Shown here piece by piece: positions 21,945 through 31,591 of a DNA stretch of 64,000 nucleotides. This DNA comes from an uncultured Chloroflexia bacterium. GTDB lineage: Bacteria > Chloroflexota > Anaerolineae > JAAYZQ01. Location of the stretch: NCBI GenBank assembly GCA_963700285.1, contig CAVOXA010000001.1, positions 1,440,001 to 1,504,000 of the forward strand, given 5' to 3'. Position 1 is the first letter of the stretch. Each line of letters begins with the position of its first letter. The notes under the pieces were generated by a model. That model ran no database searches. It had not been told where the DNA came from and worked only from the letters and a program-made list of their open reading frames with translations. The position numbers and the translations under genes were made by a program.

Positions 21945-22012
21945 GGGCTGGGCCGAAAGGCCTGCGCCCTCGTCTACAGAGCAGTTTGCACCTCAAGAGG
22001 AGTGGGTTCAAC

Positions 22013-23173
22013 ATGCTATGCATCTGCAACGCAACGGTATATACGCCAGAGCGTCGGATCCAAGATGGAGCTGTGCTCGTCGACGGCACCTGGATCGCGG
22101 CGGTTGGTCCGTCGGGCCAAGTGCCGTGTCCTGAAGGCGCCCAGACCATCGATGCTTCGGGCCTATTGCTGACTCCAGGCTTCATCGATCTGCAGATCAA
22201 TGGCGCTTTTGGGCACGATTTCAACTCCGACCCTGCGTCGATCTGGCCGGCAGCTGCCAAGCTTCCGCGCTATGGCGTTACGGCTTTTTTGCCAACCATC
22301 ATCACCTCGCCGTTGGAGACAGTGACCGCTGCCCAGGATGTGATGGCGGGCTCTGCTCCCGTTCCCGTTGAGGGCGCTGCGCCACTCGGCCTGCACCTCG
22401 AAGGCCCATTCCTGAATCCAGAGAAGAGAGGAGCCCACAATCCGGCCTACCTGCGAAAGCCTGACCTGGCAGATATCGGTGATTGGTCGCCGGAACGGGG
22501 AGTGCGGATGGTGACCCTTGCACCAGAGTTGCCTGGAGCGCTGGATCTGGTGGCAGCCCTCACCGAGAGGGGAGTGGTTGTGAGTGCTGGGCACTCTGCA
22601 GCCACCTACCTCCAGGCTATGTCAGGCATCGAGGCGGGTATCCGCTACGGGACGCACCTTTTCAACGGAATGGCACCATTGTATCACCGTGAGCCCGGGC
22701 TACCTGGGGCCTTGCTGACCGATCCCAGGGTCGTGGCAGGCATGATCGGCGACGGTGTTCACACCCACCCAGCCATGATCAAGCTCGCCTGGCAGGCAGT
22801 GGGTAGCAGCAGGCGACTTTGTCTGGTCAGTGATGCGATAACTGCCTTGGGCATGCCACCTGGTCTTCACTCGTTGGGGGATGGTCAGATCCTTGTGGAT
22901 GACTCCTGCGCGCGGCTGCTGGATGGTACCATGGCGGGCAGCATCGCGGCGCTGGACACCATCCTGCGCAATCTGGTTGCCTTCACGGGATGCTCCCTGG
23001 GGGAGGGACTGGCGACAATTACATCGACGCCGGCGGCAGTGCTGGGACTGGGAGCTGAGCGGGGCAGTATCGCCCCGCGCCGTGTGGCTGACCTGGTATT
23101 GCTTACCCCTGATCTGCATGTCCACACCACCGTGGCAGCCGGCAGGATTGCCTATCGGTCGCAGGAGGCCTGA
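22013..23173 (+). CDS. nagA: N-acetylglucosamine-6-phosphate deacetylase
   Basis: PGFIDLQINGAFG, HLEGPFL, GAHNP, VTLAPE, GHSAA, THLFNGM, DGVHTHP, SDA. Confidence 0.95.
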   Translation: MLCICNATVYTPERRIQDGAVLVDGTWIAAVGPSGQVPCPEGAQTIDASGLLLTPGFIDLQINGAFGHDFNSDPASIWPAAAKLPRYGVTAFLPTIITSPLETVTAAQDVMAGSAPVPVEGAAPLGLHLEGPFLNPEKRGAHNPAYLRKPDLADIGDWSPERGVRMVTLAPELPGALDLVAALTERGVVVSAGHSAATYLQAMSGIEAGIRYGTHLFNGMAPLYHREPGLPGALLTDPRVVAGMIGDGVHTHPAMIKLAWQAVGSSRRLCLVSDAITALGMPPGLHSLGDGQILVDDSCARLLDGTMAGSIAALDTILRNLVAFTGCSLGEGLATITSTPAAVLGLGAERGSIAPRRVADLVLLTPDLHVHTTVAAGRIAYRSQEA

Positions 23174-23275
23174 CCCAACGCCACCCATACCCTCCGAGTA
23201 TCTGGACATTCGATCCCGGCCGGTGGGCAGGTCAATCAACCGGTTGAGCGGGGGCATTCAGCCTTTGCTTACGTT

Positions 23276-23626
23276 TTACAAGGTGAGGGAGGCTTTGGGG
23301 GACAAGGTGAAAACGGGGGCATGGTGGTGGCGCAACCAGCGCTGGTCAGAGCGTTCACCCACATCCGACCAGCGTGATTTTTGGGGGCGGGCTTCATCCA
23401 CTCTCAGTTGACGACCATCCAGCGGCTGTCCATTGAGCGCGCCGATAGCGGCGGCTGCGTCGTCGTCGCTCTCCATCTCGACAAAAGCAAAGCCCCTCGG
23501 GCGCCCGCTATAGCGGTCTGTGACGATATTGACCGTGGTCACTTCGCCATAAGCTGCGAAGGCGGCTCGAAGCGTTTCCTCGGTCGTATCATAGCTGAGG
23601 TTGCCGATATAGATATGCTTGGCCAT
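23276..23626 (-). CDS. RRM-domain RNA-binding protein (C-terminal end uncertain)
   Basis: RNP2 IYIGNLSY, RNP1 RGFAFVEM, GRQLRVDEARP; GGAG before ATG 23626. Confidence 0.92.
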   Translation of the reverse strand: MAKHIYIGNLSYDTTEETLRAAFAAYGEVTTVNIVTDRYSGRPRGFAFVEMESDDDAAAAIGALNGQPLDGRQLRVDEARPQKSRWSDVGERSDQRWLRHHHAPVFTLSPKASLTL

Positions 23627-23839
23627 TTGTTCGTCTCCTTGCCTCGTGATCTGCATGCTTTCTAGCTGCGATGCCTGCAGGCCCTTGGGGCCTAGTTCAG
23701 TGGAGGCTATTCTTGACAGTCCGAACTCCGGCCCAGCTATAGTAGCTTTCCTGTTGTGAGCGCTGTGTCTTCCGAAGCTGAGCGTCACGAGCCCTGTGGG
23801 GGACTGGCACAGAGAAACTCAAGGGAACCAGATCGAAAG

Positions 23840-23866
23840 AGTGCCCGGACTGTAAGTCCGGGCACT
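23840..23866 (-). promoter_or_regulatory. Perfect 12-bp hairpin in the long 5' leader of the RRM gene
   Basis: AGTGCCCGGACT-gta-AGTCCGGGCACT. Confidence 0.6.
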
Positions 23867-23911
23867 TGCTCACTTGAACTGACTCGGGATCTTGCCTAGC
23901 CCTGTTGTGAG

Positions 23912-23940
23912 AGTATACCGGTCTTCTTTGATATAGCCAA
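23912..23940 (-). promoter_or_regulatory. Sigma70-type promoter for the RRM gene
   Basis: Minus strand TTGGCT-17 nt-TATACT. Confidence 0.65.
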
Positions 23941-24089
23941 GTTGGAAAGCACACCTTCGTACGGGACCCGATTCCGCATCGCCAGGGAATCGGCCTTGCA
24001 GTGGGTGTTTTCTCGGCCCAGCGGCGAAAGGTTGCGCCCGCATGACCCCTGACAGGGATGAACCCCCATAGTGCGGCGTGCCCTCGGGC

Positions 24090-25271
24090 CTAGAGCAGAT
24101 AGTGCGCCAGCACTTGTGCCAGGGTAGCTACCCCCAAAGGCAACGCGTCCTCGTCGATGTCGAAACGTGGATTGTGGTGCGGGGCATCGGTCCCGCGCTC
24201 CGCATTGCCAGAACCGACAAAAAAGTAGCAACCGGGTATCTCTTGCATAAAGAGGGCGGCGTCCTCGCTGCCCATTGTCCGGTGGTCGCTTATCACATTC
24301 TCCGCGCCCACTACCGCTTCGGCTGCTGCCAACACTACTTCTGTGACGCTGCTGTCGTTGATGACGGCTGGGGTACCGGCTGCGATCTCTACTTCAACCC
24401 TGGCGCCACATGCCGCAGCCACACCATCGATTACCTCGCGCATCCGCCGCCATACCAGCTCCTGAACCTCCGGGCTGAAGGTCCGGATCGAACCTTCCAT
24501 CTTGACCTGGGGCGGAATGATGTTGAGTGCTGTGCCGCCGTGTATCGAGCCAATGGACACAACGGCTGTCTCAAGGGGGCCGACATTGCGGCTGACAATA
24601 GTCTGCAGAGCGTTCACTATCTGGGCTGAGGCGACAATGGGGTCTACCGTCTGGTGGGGGGCCGCGCCATGACCACCTACACCGTGTACCGTGCAGGAAA
24701 ACTCGTCTGCTGCGGCCATGACTGGACCTGCTTTGGCGGCGATGGAGCCTATCGGCAACTCACTGAAGACATGAACGGACAGAAAGACGTCAGGACGAGG
24801 GTCTTCCAAGACACCCTCCTGTACCATGCCCCTTGCCCCCCCCAGTCCCTCTTCGGCAGGCTGGAAGATCAGTTTGAGCGTGCCTTTCATTTCTTCACGG
24901 TGCTGTGCCATGATCGTTGCCACGCCCAACCCCATCGCCATGTGGGCGTCGTGGCCGCAGGCATGCATTACTCCCGGGTTCTGTGATGCATAGTCGACCT
25001 CATTCTCCTCGCTGACGGGCAGTGCGTCCATGTCAAATCTGGCCATGGCTACCGGTCCCGGGCCCTTGCCTTCCATGAGACCCACTACTCCCGTTTGGGC
25101 CACACCCATCTGCACCTGATAGCCCAACTCGTCCAATCGTGCGGCGATCACCTCTGCCGATCGGTACTCCTGGAAGCTCAGCTCCGGATGCATATGAAAA
25201 CCCCGTCGCCAGGCGACCAGCTCATTGCGAAGCGCCTCCGCCTCGCTCTTGAAATCCGCAACGTCCGACAT
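24090..25271 (-). CDS. M20D family amidohydrolase (hippuricase/N-acyl-amino acid amidohydrolase-like)
   Basis: HMHPELSFQE, RFDMDALP, MHACGHDAH, FQPAEEG, GSEDA, PHHNPRF. Confidence 0.93.
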   Translation of the reverse strand: MSDVADFKSEAEALRNELVAWRRGFHMHPELSFQEYRSAEVIAARLDELGYQVQMGVAQTGVVGLMEGKGPGPVAMARFDMDALPVSEENEVDYASQNPGVMHACGHDAHMAMGLGVATIMAQHREEMKGTLKLIFQPAEEGLGGARGMVQEGVLEDPRPDVFLSVHVFSELPIGSIAAKAGPVMAAADEFSCTVHGVGGHGAAPHQTVDPIVASAQIVNALQTIVSRNVGPLETAVVSIGSIHGGTALNIIPPQVKMEGSIRTFSPEVQELVWRRMREVIDGVAAACGARVEVEIAAGTPAVINDSSVTEVVLAAAEAVVGAENVISDHRTMGSEDAALFMQEIPGCYFFVGSGNAERGTDAPHHNPRFDIDEDALPLGVATLAQVLAHYLL

Positions 25272-25357
25272 TCTGTATCTCCTTTTTTTCGCGCAATGTA
25301 GAGGATCTAGGAACAGCCGAGGATCTGGGCAAGATCCCCGGCAAAGTGACATGGTCG

Positions 25358-26329
25358 CTATGGAATCCAGCGAAAGGTTAGATAGAAACTGGTGTGGAAG
25401 GTAAAGTCGGGGTGTTCCACTGTACCCATCCCCATTCCGGTGACGCGGTCGCTAGGGGCACCGCCTCCCACAAACGAGTCGTAGCTTCCCAGTGTATTGA
25501 ACATGGGAAAGTCGGCTCCCCATTCAGGCGGCGGGCCGGGCTTGACAAAGATGGTCAGATCTCCGCCCGGCCACTCGACGATCACCGGCTGGCCCGTTGC
25601 ACGCTCCCCATTTTCGTCCAAGACCTCGAAAAAGATGTTGTGCCGGCCGACCGACTCGATGGGGTCTGCCCATTGGGCCGCCACCAGGCGCCAGTGTGGC
25701 TGGCCTGGTTCTATGGGGGCAGGCTGGAGCGTGACACCCAGGTCATCCAATCGTGGGTCCCAATCGCGGGGAGGAAGATCTGAGGAATGCTCTCTGAGGA
25801 CAAGGGGCAGCGTGGCCGAACAAAGGTTGGCACAGGTGGTTATACGGGCAGTGCCACTGGCTCCTTCTGCTGTTGTAACTTGTACCTGGTTGGTCAGCGG
25901 CCCTGTGTAGCCCTCTGTGACTGTGACTACCAGCGTGTGCGTCCAGGCGCCGCCTGGCTTGATGAGGGCAGTCCATGCCTGGTGCCCACTGGCTGTGACC
26001 TGTGCCGGAAGCACGTCCGTGATGGTGGCTGTGAGAGTTACCCCACCCGTGTTTGTGATCTGCAAGGTATAGGTCAACTGCGCGCCATCCAGCACCGGTT
26101 GTGGGCTGGCCGTCTTGGCGACTTCCAGCGAGGCCAAAGACCTGCCAGCACCCCACACTGGGGCCGCCAGAAGGGGGCCGGTGGAGACATCAAAGCTGCG
26201 TTGCTTGACAGTTTGAACAGCCGGCGCAGCAGCCTGAGTGGCAGAAATCGAGATGAGGACAAGCATAGTCATCGATATCGCCAGACTTGAGATCAGGGCT
26301 AGTGCTATCTTTTGGCTTGACTTGGCCAT
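25358..26329 (-). CDS. Secreted DUF11-domain protein with an uncharacterised C-terminal domain
   Basis: Signal peptide; LEVAKTASP..G.QLTYTLQITNTG..ITDVLP (DUF11); LPLVLR; PRDWDPRL...HTSFYLTF. Confidence 0.75.
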   Translation of the reverse strand: MAKSSQKIALALISSLAISMTMLVLISISATQAAAPAVQTVKQRSFDVSTGPLLAAPVWGAGRSLASLEVAKTASPQPVLDGAQLTYTLQITNTGGVTLTATITDVLPAQVTASGHQAWTALIKPGGAWTHTLVVTVTEGYTGPLTNQVQVTTAEGASGTARITTCANLCSATLPLVLREHSSDLPPRDWDPRLDDLGVTLQPAPIEPGQPHWRLVAAQWADPIESVGRHNIFFEVLDENGERATGQPVIVEWPGGDLTIFVKPGPPPEWGADFPMFNTLGSYDSFVGGGAPSDRVTGMGMGTVEHPDFTFHTSFYLTFRWIP

Positions 26330-26726
26330 GTTTCCTCCTCTGCATCGATGAGCGCGTAACCTGGACCCAGGGGCGTAGTTGCATTCTATCGTAGATCTCT
26401 GGCAATGTCAATCTGACCCGCAGGACCGCAAATACTTCTGTCACAGCCCGAAATAACTGAAATCATCGATTTAGGATAGAAAAAACCAAAAGAAGTGGCT
26501 TTTGATCTCATAAAACATAGTATCGCCATTTGCACGCCGTTATGCGTAGGTTCTCATCAGAAAAAGGTTATAGACCCAAGGTCCCGTCAGAATCAGCCCT
26601 AATATCCTCCCTACGGAGCATGGCAATCGGGACGAAGCTATGGTACACTCGGATGCATAGGTATGAGACGATATCATTCATTATACCCAGAGATGGGTGA
26701 CTAGTCACTAAAAAGGAGGAGTTATC

Positions 26727-26921
26727 ATGGCAAGCGAACTGAGGCTTTTCACGGCCAAGGAGGCAGCGGCATATCTGCGGGTCAGCCCTTTCACCCTGCG
26801 CAAGATGGAAGAAATGGGCATGATCGTGCCTTATCGCACTCCCGGGGGACACCGACGCTATAGCCTGGACATGCTAAACGAGTATCTGGAGGAAAGCCGC
26901 GTCTTTCCGTCATCCCAGTAG
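26727..26921 (+). CDS. BldC/excisionase-like MerR-superfamily HTH protein, copy 1
   Basis: FTAKEAAAYLRVSPFTLRK..RTPGGHRRY; strong AGGAGG ribosome-binding site. Confidence 0.85.
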   Translation: MASELRLFTAKEAAAYLRVSPFTLRKMEEMGMIVPYRTPGGHRRYSLDMLNEYLEESRVFPSSQ

Positions 26922-27104
26922 AGCGTGCCTGCTACCACGGGGGCCGGGCAAAGGCAAAGCAACAACCTCTTCTTTGCAGGTACATGCTTTGTAGGTACCA
27001 AGAGCCCTGGGTCTGGCGTGGTGCTGTGCCGGACCCAGGGCTCTTGTTCGGGCCTTGGCTGCTCAGGCCCCACGAGGCTGTCGCACACGAGTTGTGGATG
27101 ATGT

Positions 27105-27468
27105 CTACGGAGCCGACGCGTCGGTCTGGTGAACCCCAAACACGTCTCCCTCAGTATCTTGGCAGCAGGCTTGATAGCCTACCTCTGGGACACTTGGGCT
27201 GGATAATCCTAGCGCCGGCAGCCTAGAGCTTGGCCAACACCTCGTCGATCGAGCCTCCCTGGCCGTAATCCAGTTGCTGGCCTTGGGATCGATACGCCTC
27301 AGCAGCGCGCCAGTGGTGCCCGGCCCTACATTTGGGTCGGTTGTGATCAGCCAGTAATCCACCGCCCATCCCACTTTGTATCTCCTAGTTGAATGCCTCG
27401 CGACAGAATCCGGCAGCTCGCTCTGGATCCGCTGCACTGATCTCAAAAGGGATGATTCTTGGCATCAT
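27105..27468 (-). pseudogene. Decayed VOC/glyoxalase family gene
   Basis: MPRIIPFEISAADPERAAGF...[TAG]...DYWLITTDP...GYQACCQDTEGDVFGVHQTD; in-frame stop plus frameshifts. Confidence 0.72.
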
Positions 27469-27574
27469 GTCCTCGGCCTCAACGACATGAAACTCACTGA
27501 ATAGACCATTTCTGCAACCTTTTCAGTGTTTCGGCGTATAGTGGGTTGAAATCAGACGAAAGGGGGGTGTTGCC

Positions 27575-27769
27575 ATGGCAATAGAGGTTAGGCTCTTGAC
27601 GGCCAAGGAAGCGGCCGACTACTTGCGGGTCAGCCCTTTCACGCTGCGCAAAATGGAGCGCATGGGCATGCTGGTACCGTACCGCACGCCAGGCGGCCAC
27701 CGGCGCTATAGCCTGGACATGCTGAACGAATATCTTGAAAACAGCCGCGTCCAGCCCTATCTGGTGTAG
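27575..27769 (+). CDS. BldC/excisionase-like MerR-superfamily HTH protein, copy 2
   Basis: 53 of 64 aa identical to copy 1 by manual count; same RTPGGHRRY motif. Confidence 0.85.
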   Translation: MAIEVRLLTAKEAADYLRVSPFTLRKMERMGMLVPYRTPGGHRRYSLDMLNEYLENSRVQPYLV

Positions 27770-27930
27770 GGCACCCAGACCGGTCCTCCGGCTACCGCTT
27801 GCAGGACCGGTTTGGGTGTCCTCTGGCTGCATTGGGCAAGCCAGAGTGTTTCGAAAGAAGGATATGCAGAGAGAGGCGACACCCGACCGGGTGCCGCCTC
27901 ATGTCTACCATCGTTTTTTGTGCTCTGCCG

Positions 27931-29194
27931 CTAGTTGCGGCCCTCCTGGCCAGCGGTCAGCCTCCGACCCAGGAACAACCCTGCAGCCGCGAGCCCGACA
28001 CCGCCCACGACGAGGATCCAAGCACTGTTGAGAGGCGTGCCACCCGTCTGCGGTACGTTTTCTGGTGCCGCGCCGGCAGAAGCGACCTGCCCTTCCAAGG
28101 AGGTCACACCTGTGAACAGGACCAACTCGCCAGAGCCAGGGGCGCCGACGCCGTTGGTCGTGACGTAGGCGTCACCTGCCGTCGTAAAGTCGATGGAGGT
28201 CGGGAATGACAAGCCACTGAGTACGGCTTCAGAAGCGCCCCCCTCCTTGATGCGGAGGATGGCGCCGCTGTTGGGGACGGGGCCCTGTTCAGTAAACTGG
28301 CCCATCTGCACGGCGTACAGCTGCCCATCAGGACCACTGCGCAAGTCGGTGATCATTGTCAACCCGGTCGCATAATCGCTGACCTGGCCATCGGCCGTCA
28401 CCTTTACCACCTTGGCTGAACCAGGCAGGAAGGGAAAGCCTGGCAGCAGCGAGACGTACATGTTGCCATCCCCGTCAAAGGCTACCGCAGTGGGCACCGG
28501 GTCCGTCTCCATAGCGCCGCCCCGTTCTGGATTGGGGAAGGGCCCTGGCAACCCGCCAAAGACGGCTACCAGATCCACCTGACCACTGCTGGGATCCACT
28601 TTGAGGAGCGTATTCCCACCAGCGTCAGCCACATACAGGCTTTCGTCCGGTCCGGCCGTGATGCCGTAGGGGTGCGAGTCCAGGATATTGGGGTCCGGGT
28701 TCTGCGCCTTCTCCAGCTCCCATAGTTCTGGCTACCTCGGTTGCCGCGCCGTCCTCGATCTTGACCACGGCGGCAGTGTTGGGCAGCGCCTCGTCGCTGA
28801 CAACCCCCAACCAGATGCCGCTTGTGGCATATACTGTGCCGTCCAGCAGCGCCAGGCGGGCGCCGCCGGTTGCCTCCTGGCCGACCAGGATCGAAGGCAA
28901 CGACGCGGCGACGGTCTGACTGCCATCGCTGGCAATCACGACCACGCGTGCCGAATCACCGATCTTGGCCGTGACCTCTTCCCCCGTCTCAGGATTCACA
29001 AAGGGGATATCGTCTTCGCCGCCAACGCCCGAGTCGATGACCCACACGCTTCCATCGGCGGCGACCAGTACACCCTGGGGGGCGTTGAACCCCCCGGCTA
29101 TCGTTGTGCCCCCGCCTTGGGCGCCAGCCACACTGGCCACCAAAAGGACCAGAACCAGCGCCAACCCTGTTACAGAAATTGTCTTCTTGCTCAT
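27931..29194 (-). CDS. ScyD/ScyE family beta-propeller protein with C-terminal sortase-like VPQTG-TM-RR tail (frameshifted at about 28630-28730)
   Basis: Signal peptide; ADAGGNTLLKV, DPVPTAVAFDGDGNMYVSLLPGFPF, TDLRSGPDGQLY, GLSFPTSI; VPQTGG + hydrophobic helix + GRR. Confidence 0.85.
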
Positions 29195-29293
29195 TTGTTT
29201 TCTCCTAAGGCTAATTTTTGGTATTCTATCCAGCCTTCTGAAGCCATGCGAACCTGGTTCGCCCAATGGCTTTGGAAGGTTGGGTTTGACCCT

Positions 29294-30028
29294 TTACTCC
29301 TGCGCCAGCAGCATCTGCACCAGGGCCAGGATCTGATCCTCGCTCAGAAAATCGTAGGCTGGCATGGGGTGACTGGTGATGCCGTACCCCGGTACAATGA
29401 ATGCTTTCGGATCCACTATGCTCTCGCGAATGTACTCTTTCGCGTTCGTGGCCGCGCCTCCGTACCCCTGCTCGCTAACGCGGCTCAGGGCGGTCGAGCC
29501 CAAACCTTCGTGTGTCGGGCCGAATGACCCTCCAGTGCCCGCCGCGCCGAGCTGGTGGCAGATGCCACAGAACTGGTCTTTGTAGACCTGCAGCCCGATA
29601 GTGGCCAAATCCTCCGCTGCCATGACCGGTGCAGCCGTCGGTGACGCCATAGTCGTCGCTGGTACCGTAGCGGTCGCCGCGGCGATGGTGCTTGCCGGGG
29701 CAGTTCGAGTGGGCGTCGGGTCGGGCGCTGGCTGTTCGGTGGGCTGCGTGGTCGGCGCGCGCGTTCTGGTAGCCGTAGGGAGGGAGACTCTGGCCGTGGC
29801 TGATGCCGCAGCCAGAGTGACTGCCGCAGCGGCCGGCTCGGGGTTGCTGCCAACTACTATGGTCGTGGCGGCGGACGCCGTGGCTGGGGCTTCCGTGACT
29901 ACAGTTGAGGTAACTGGCTCCGCTCGAACGCCTGAGCCAGGCTCTCTGCTCGGTGCCACACAACTCGTGAGCAACGCGGCCAGTATCAGCGTCCATGTCA
30001 GCAACCAGCCTGCGCGGAGTTTGTCCAT
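29294..30028 (-). CDS. Lipoprotein monoheme cytochrome c with Pro/Thr/Ala-rich linker
   Basis: Lipobox LLTSC; CGICH; GSFGP; EYIRESIVDPKAFIVPGY; HPMPAY (Met ligand). Confidence 0.88.
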   Translation of the reverse strand: MDKLRAGWLLTWTLILAALLTSCVAPSREPGSGVRAEPVTSTVVTEAPATASAATTIVVGSNPEPAAAAVTLAAASATARVSLPTATRTRAPTTQPTEQPAPDPTPTRTAPASTIAAATATVPATTMASPTAAPVMAAEDLATIGLQVYKDQFCGICHQLGAAGTGGSFGPTHEGLGSTALSRVSEQGYGGAATNAKEYIRESIVDPKAFIVPGYGITSHPMPAYDFLSEDQILALVQMLLAQE

Positions 30029-30052
30029 CTTGACTGTACCCCCGCCTCTGGC

Positions 30053-30346
30053 TCAGGCGTGCTCGTGACGGATGACCTTTCCGTCGCGCCACTCAGGATC
30101 GGCCTGGAGAAGTTGCCTCATCTTGAGGTACAGTTCGTGGCTTTCGGCAGATTCCGAATATGCCCGGTAGGCTTCCTGGCTCTCGGAGATGGCCACGACC
30201 CAGATCTCGTTGGGGTCGGCGTCCATCTGGAAGACAGACAGGGAAACCGCGCCACCCGGACTATGCCCTCCATCCATATCCATCATTTCGCTCAGTTCCT
30301 CCAACCTGCCTGGCCTAACCTTCATGCTAGCGATGCTGCCGTACAT
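30053..30346 (-). CDS. Antibiotic biosynthesis monooxygenase (ABM)-like dimeric alpha/beta barrel protein
   Basis: MKVRPG..., VAISESQEAYRAYSES, PEWRDG; 97 aa with GGGAGG ribosome-binding site. Confidence 0.7.
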   Translation of the reverse strand: MYGSIASMKVRPGRLEELSEMMDMDGGHSPGGAVSLSVFQMDADPNEIWVVAISESQEAYRAYSESAESHELYLKMRQLLQADPEWRDGKVIRHEHA

Positions 30347-30488
30347 GCGTACCTCCCGCTTCTACTGTTTTAGCCATTCTATCACTTCTGGTTGGCCGAA
30401 GACCAGCCTAGTGGGCAGAGCAGTGATGATGCTGTGCTGTTTGCCCTCGGGTCTGCTGTACACACACTTGGCAGCAGGACCTGCTCGT

Positions 30489-30896
30489 TCATAGACACCT
30501 GCACAGCAGGTCTAACAGCTTGGCTGTGCCCCATGCCTCACGAATCCGGCCGCCGGAGAAACGCATTACTACAGCGCCCTTTGTCGTCCCCCCCTCATGT
30601 CTGGCAAGATGGCTCTTGGTCGAGCCGGGGAGGCAGCCCTCGATCGCGTACCGGACCGCGACCTTGTCCCCGGTGGCGTACATCTCTTCAATGGTAAGGC
30701 GTTCGTAGGGGAAGCCTGCGACGGCGGTACTGATCCAGTGCTTGTACCGGCTTCGGCCGGAGGTGATCCCGAGTTGGGTGCCATGCTCGACAAAATCGTC
30801 GGCGTACAGGCTGTCGACAACATCCAGATTGCCATGGTTCCAGACTTCATGGAGCGCTTGTTGGGCGCTTTGCCTATTGGTTTCAAGCGTAGACAT
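30489..30896 (-). CDS. SnoaL-like ester cyclase family protein
   Basis: EVWNHGNLDVVDSLYADDFVEH, AGFP, GDKVAVRY, RFSGGRIREAW. Confidence 0.8.
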   Translation of the reverse strand: MSTLETNRQSAQQALHEVWNHGNLDVVDSLYADDFVEHGTQLGITSGRSRYKHWISTAVAGFPYERLTIEEMYATGDKVAVRYAIEGCLPGSTKSHLARHEGGTTKGAVVMRFSGGRIREAWGTAKLLDLLCRCL

Positions 30897-30986
30897 GGGG
30901 TTGGCCTCCCTTCTTGTATCTCTTTCGGCTGACAGCAAGGGTAAATAACGTAATAGAGATTATTTATATCATGTCTAGCAGTCTGA

Positions 30987-31022
30987 ATTCTATCAGTTCA
31001 GTGCATACAAAATGCATACAGC
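30987..31022 (-). promoter_or_regulatory. Promoter with 11-bp-spaced direct repeats (ester cyclase gene)
   Basis: Minus strand cTGTATGCAt-TTTGTATGCA...; 14 nt from TTTGT to TAGAAT. Confidence 0.7.
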
Positions 31023-31037
31023 CAGGCCTGAACGAAA

Positions 31038-31069
31038 GAGGCTCCACCTCTTCGAAGAGGTGGAGCCTC
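31038..31069 (-). terminator. Intrinsic terminator
   Basis: GAGGCTCCACCTCT-tcga-AGAGGTGGAGCCTC followed by TTTCGTT on the minus strand. Confidence 0.8.
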
Positions 31070-31090
31070 GCTACTGCATTTTACCCTTTC

Positions 31091-31339
31091 TCAGCAGCAC
31101 TGTTCTTTGGGCGTGGGTGGCCTGGTAATCCAGGATCGAGCTGCGGCCTTTGTTCTCCCGGCTGAGGCTGCCAGCTGACTGAGCCCAGCCCGGATCTGGG
31201 CCAGCCGGCTGTCCACTAGCGCGAGTTCCGAACCGCCATGTCGCAGGTGTTTTGCCTGGTTTGCCTGCTCCGCTTCCTTGAGCCACTGGTTCGGGACCAT
31301 ATTGTTCTCGTAAGCAACCATGAACCATTCATCGTACAT
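31091..31339 (-). CDS. Small hypothetical protein (82 aa, ends EQCC)
   Basis: AAAGGAG ribosome-binding site before ATG 31339; helical WLKEAEQANQAKHL segment; terminator directly downstream. Confidence 0.68.
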   Translation of the reverse strand: MYDEWFMVAYENNMVPNQWLKEAEQANQAKHLRHGGSELALVDSRLAQIRAGLSQLAASAGRTKAAARSWITRPPTPKEQCC

Positions 31340-31535
31340 CGTTGATCTCTCCTTTGACCGAAGGCCAATTCCTGCGCACAAAATGACACGTTCGCAGAAG
31401 GGAGGCTTCGGTAGTCAAACAAAAGGGACTTCTGTCTTGACTTAGAAAGCTGCGCTAGCCTGTGGCCAACCCACTGGGCAGCGCAAAGCGAGCAATTCTT
31501 GTGGGCCGGCCAAACGCTGCCCTTTGAGATCGAGA

Positions 31536-31574
31536 CAAGTGCCGGATGAGGGCGTCGCCCTCATCCAGCACTTG
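31536..31574 (-). terminator. Stem-loop downstream of the NPELK-repeat gene
   Basis: CAAGTGCcGGATGAGGGCG-t-CGCCCTCATCCaGCACTTG; weak U tract. Confidence 0.6.
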
Positions 31575-31591
31575 CTTGGCTGCGTAGTTAC

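Noticed and set aside
26727-27769. Prophage or integrative element suggested by excisionase-like genes
   Set aside because: No integrase, tRNA target, att repeats or phage genes in the window.
31340-31440. A fifth TTTGT-N14 promoter ahead of the 82-aa gene
   Set aside because: ACAAA occurs at 31378 and 31419, but the two are not 11 bp apart and neither has a -10 box at the 14-nt distance.
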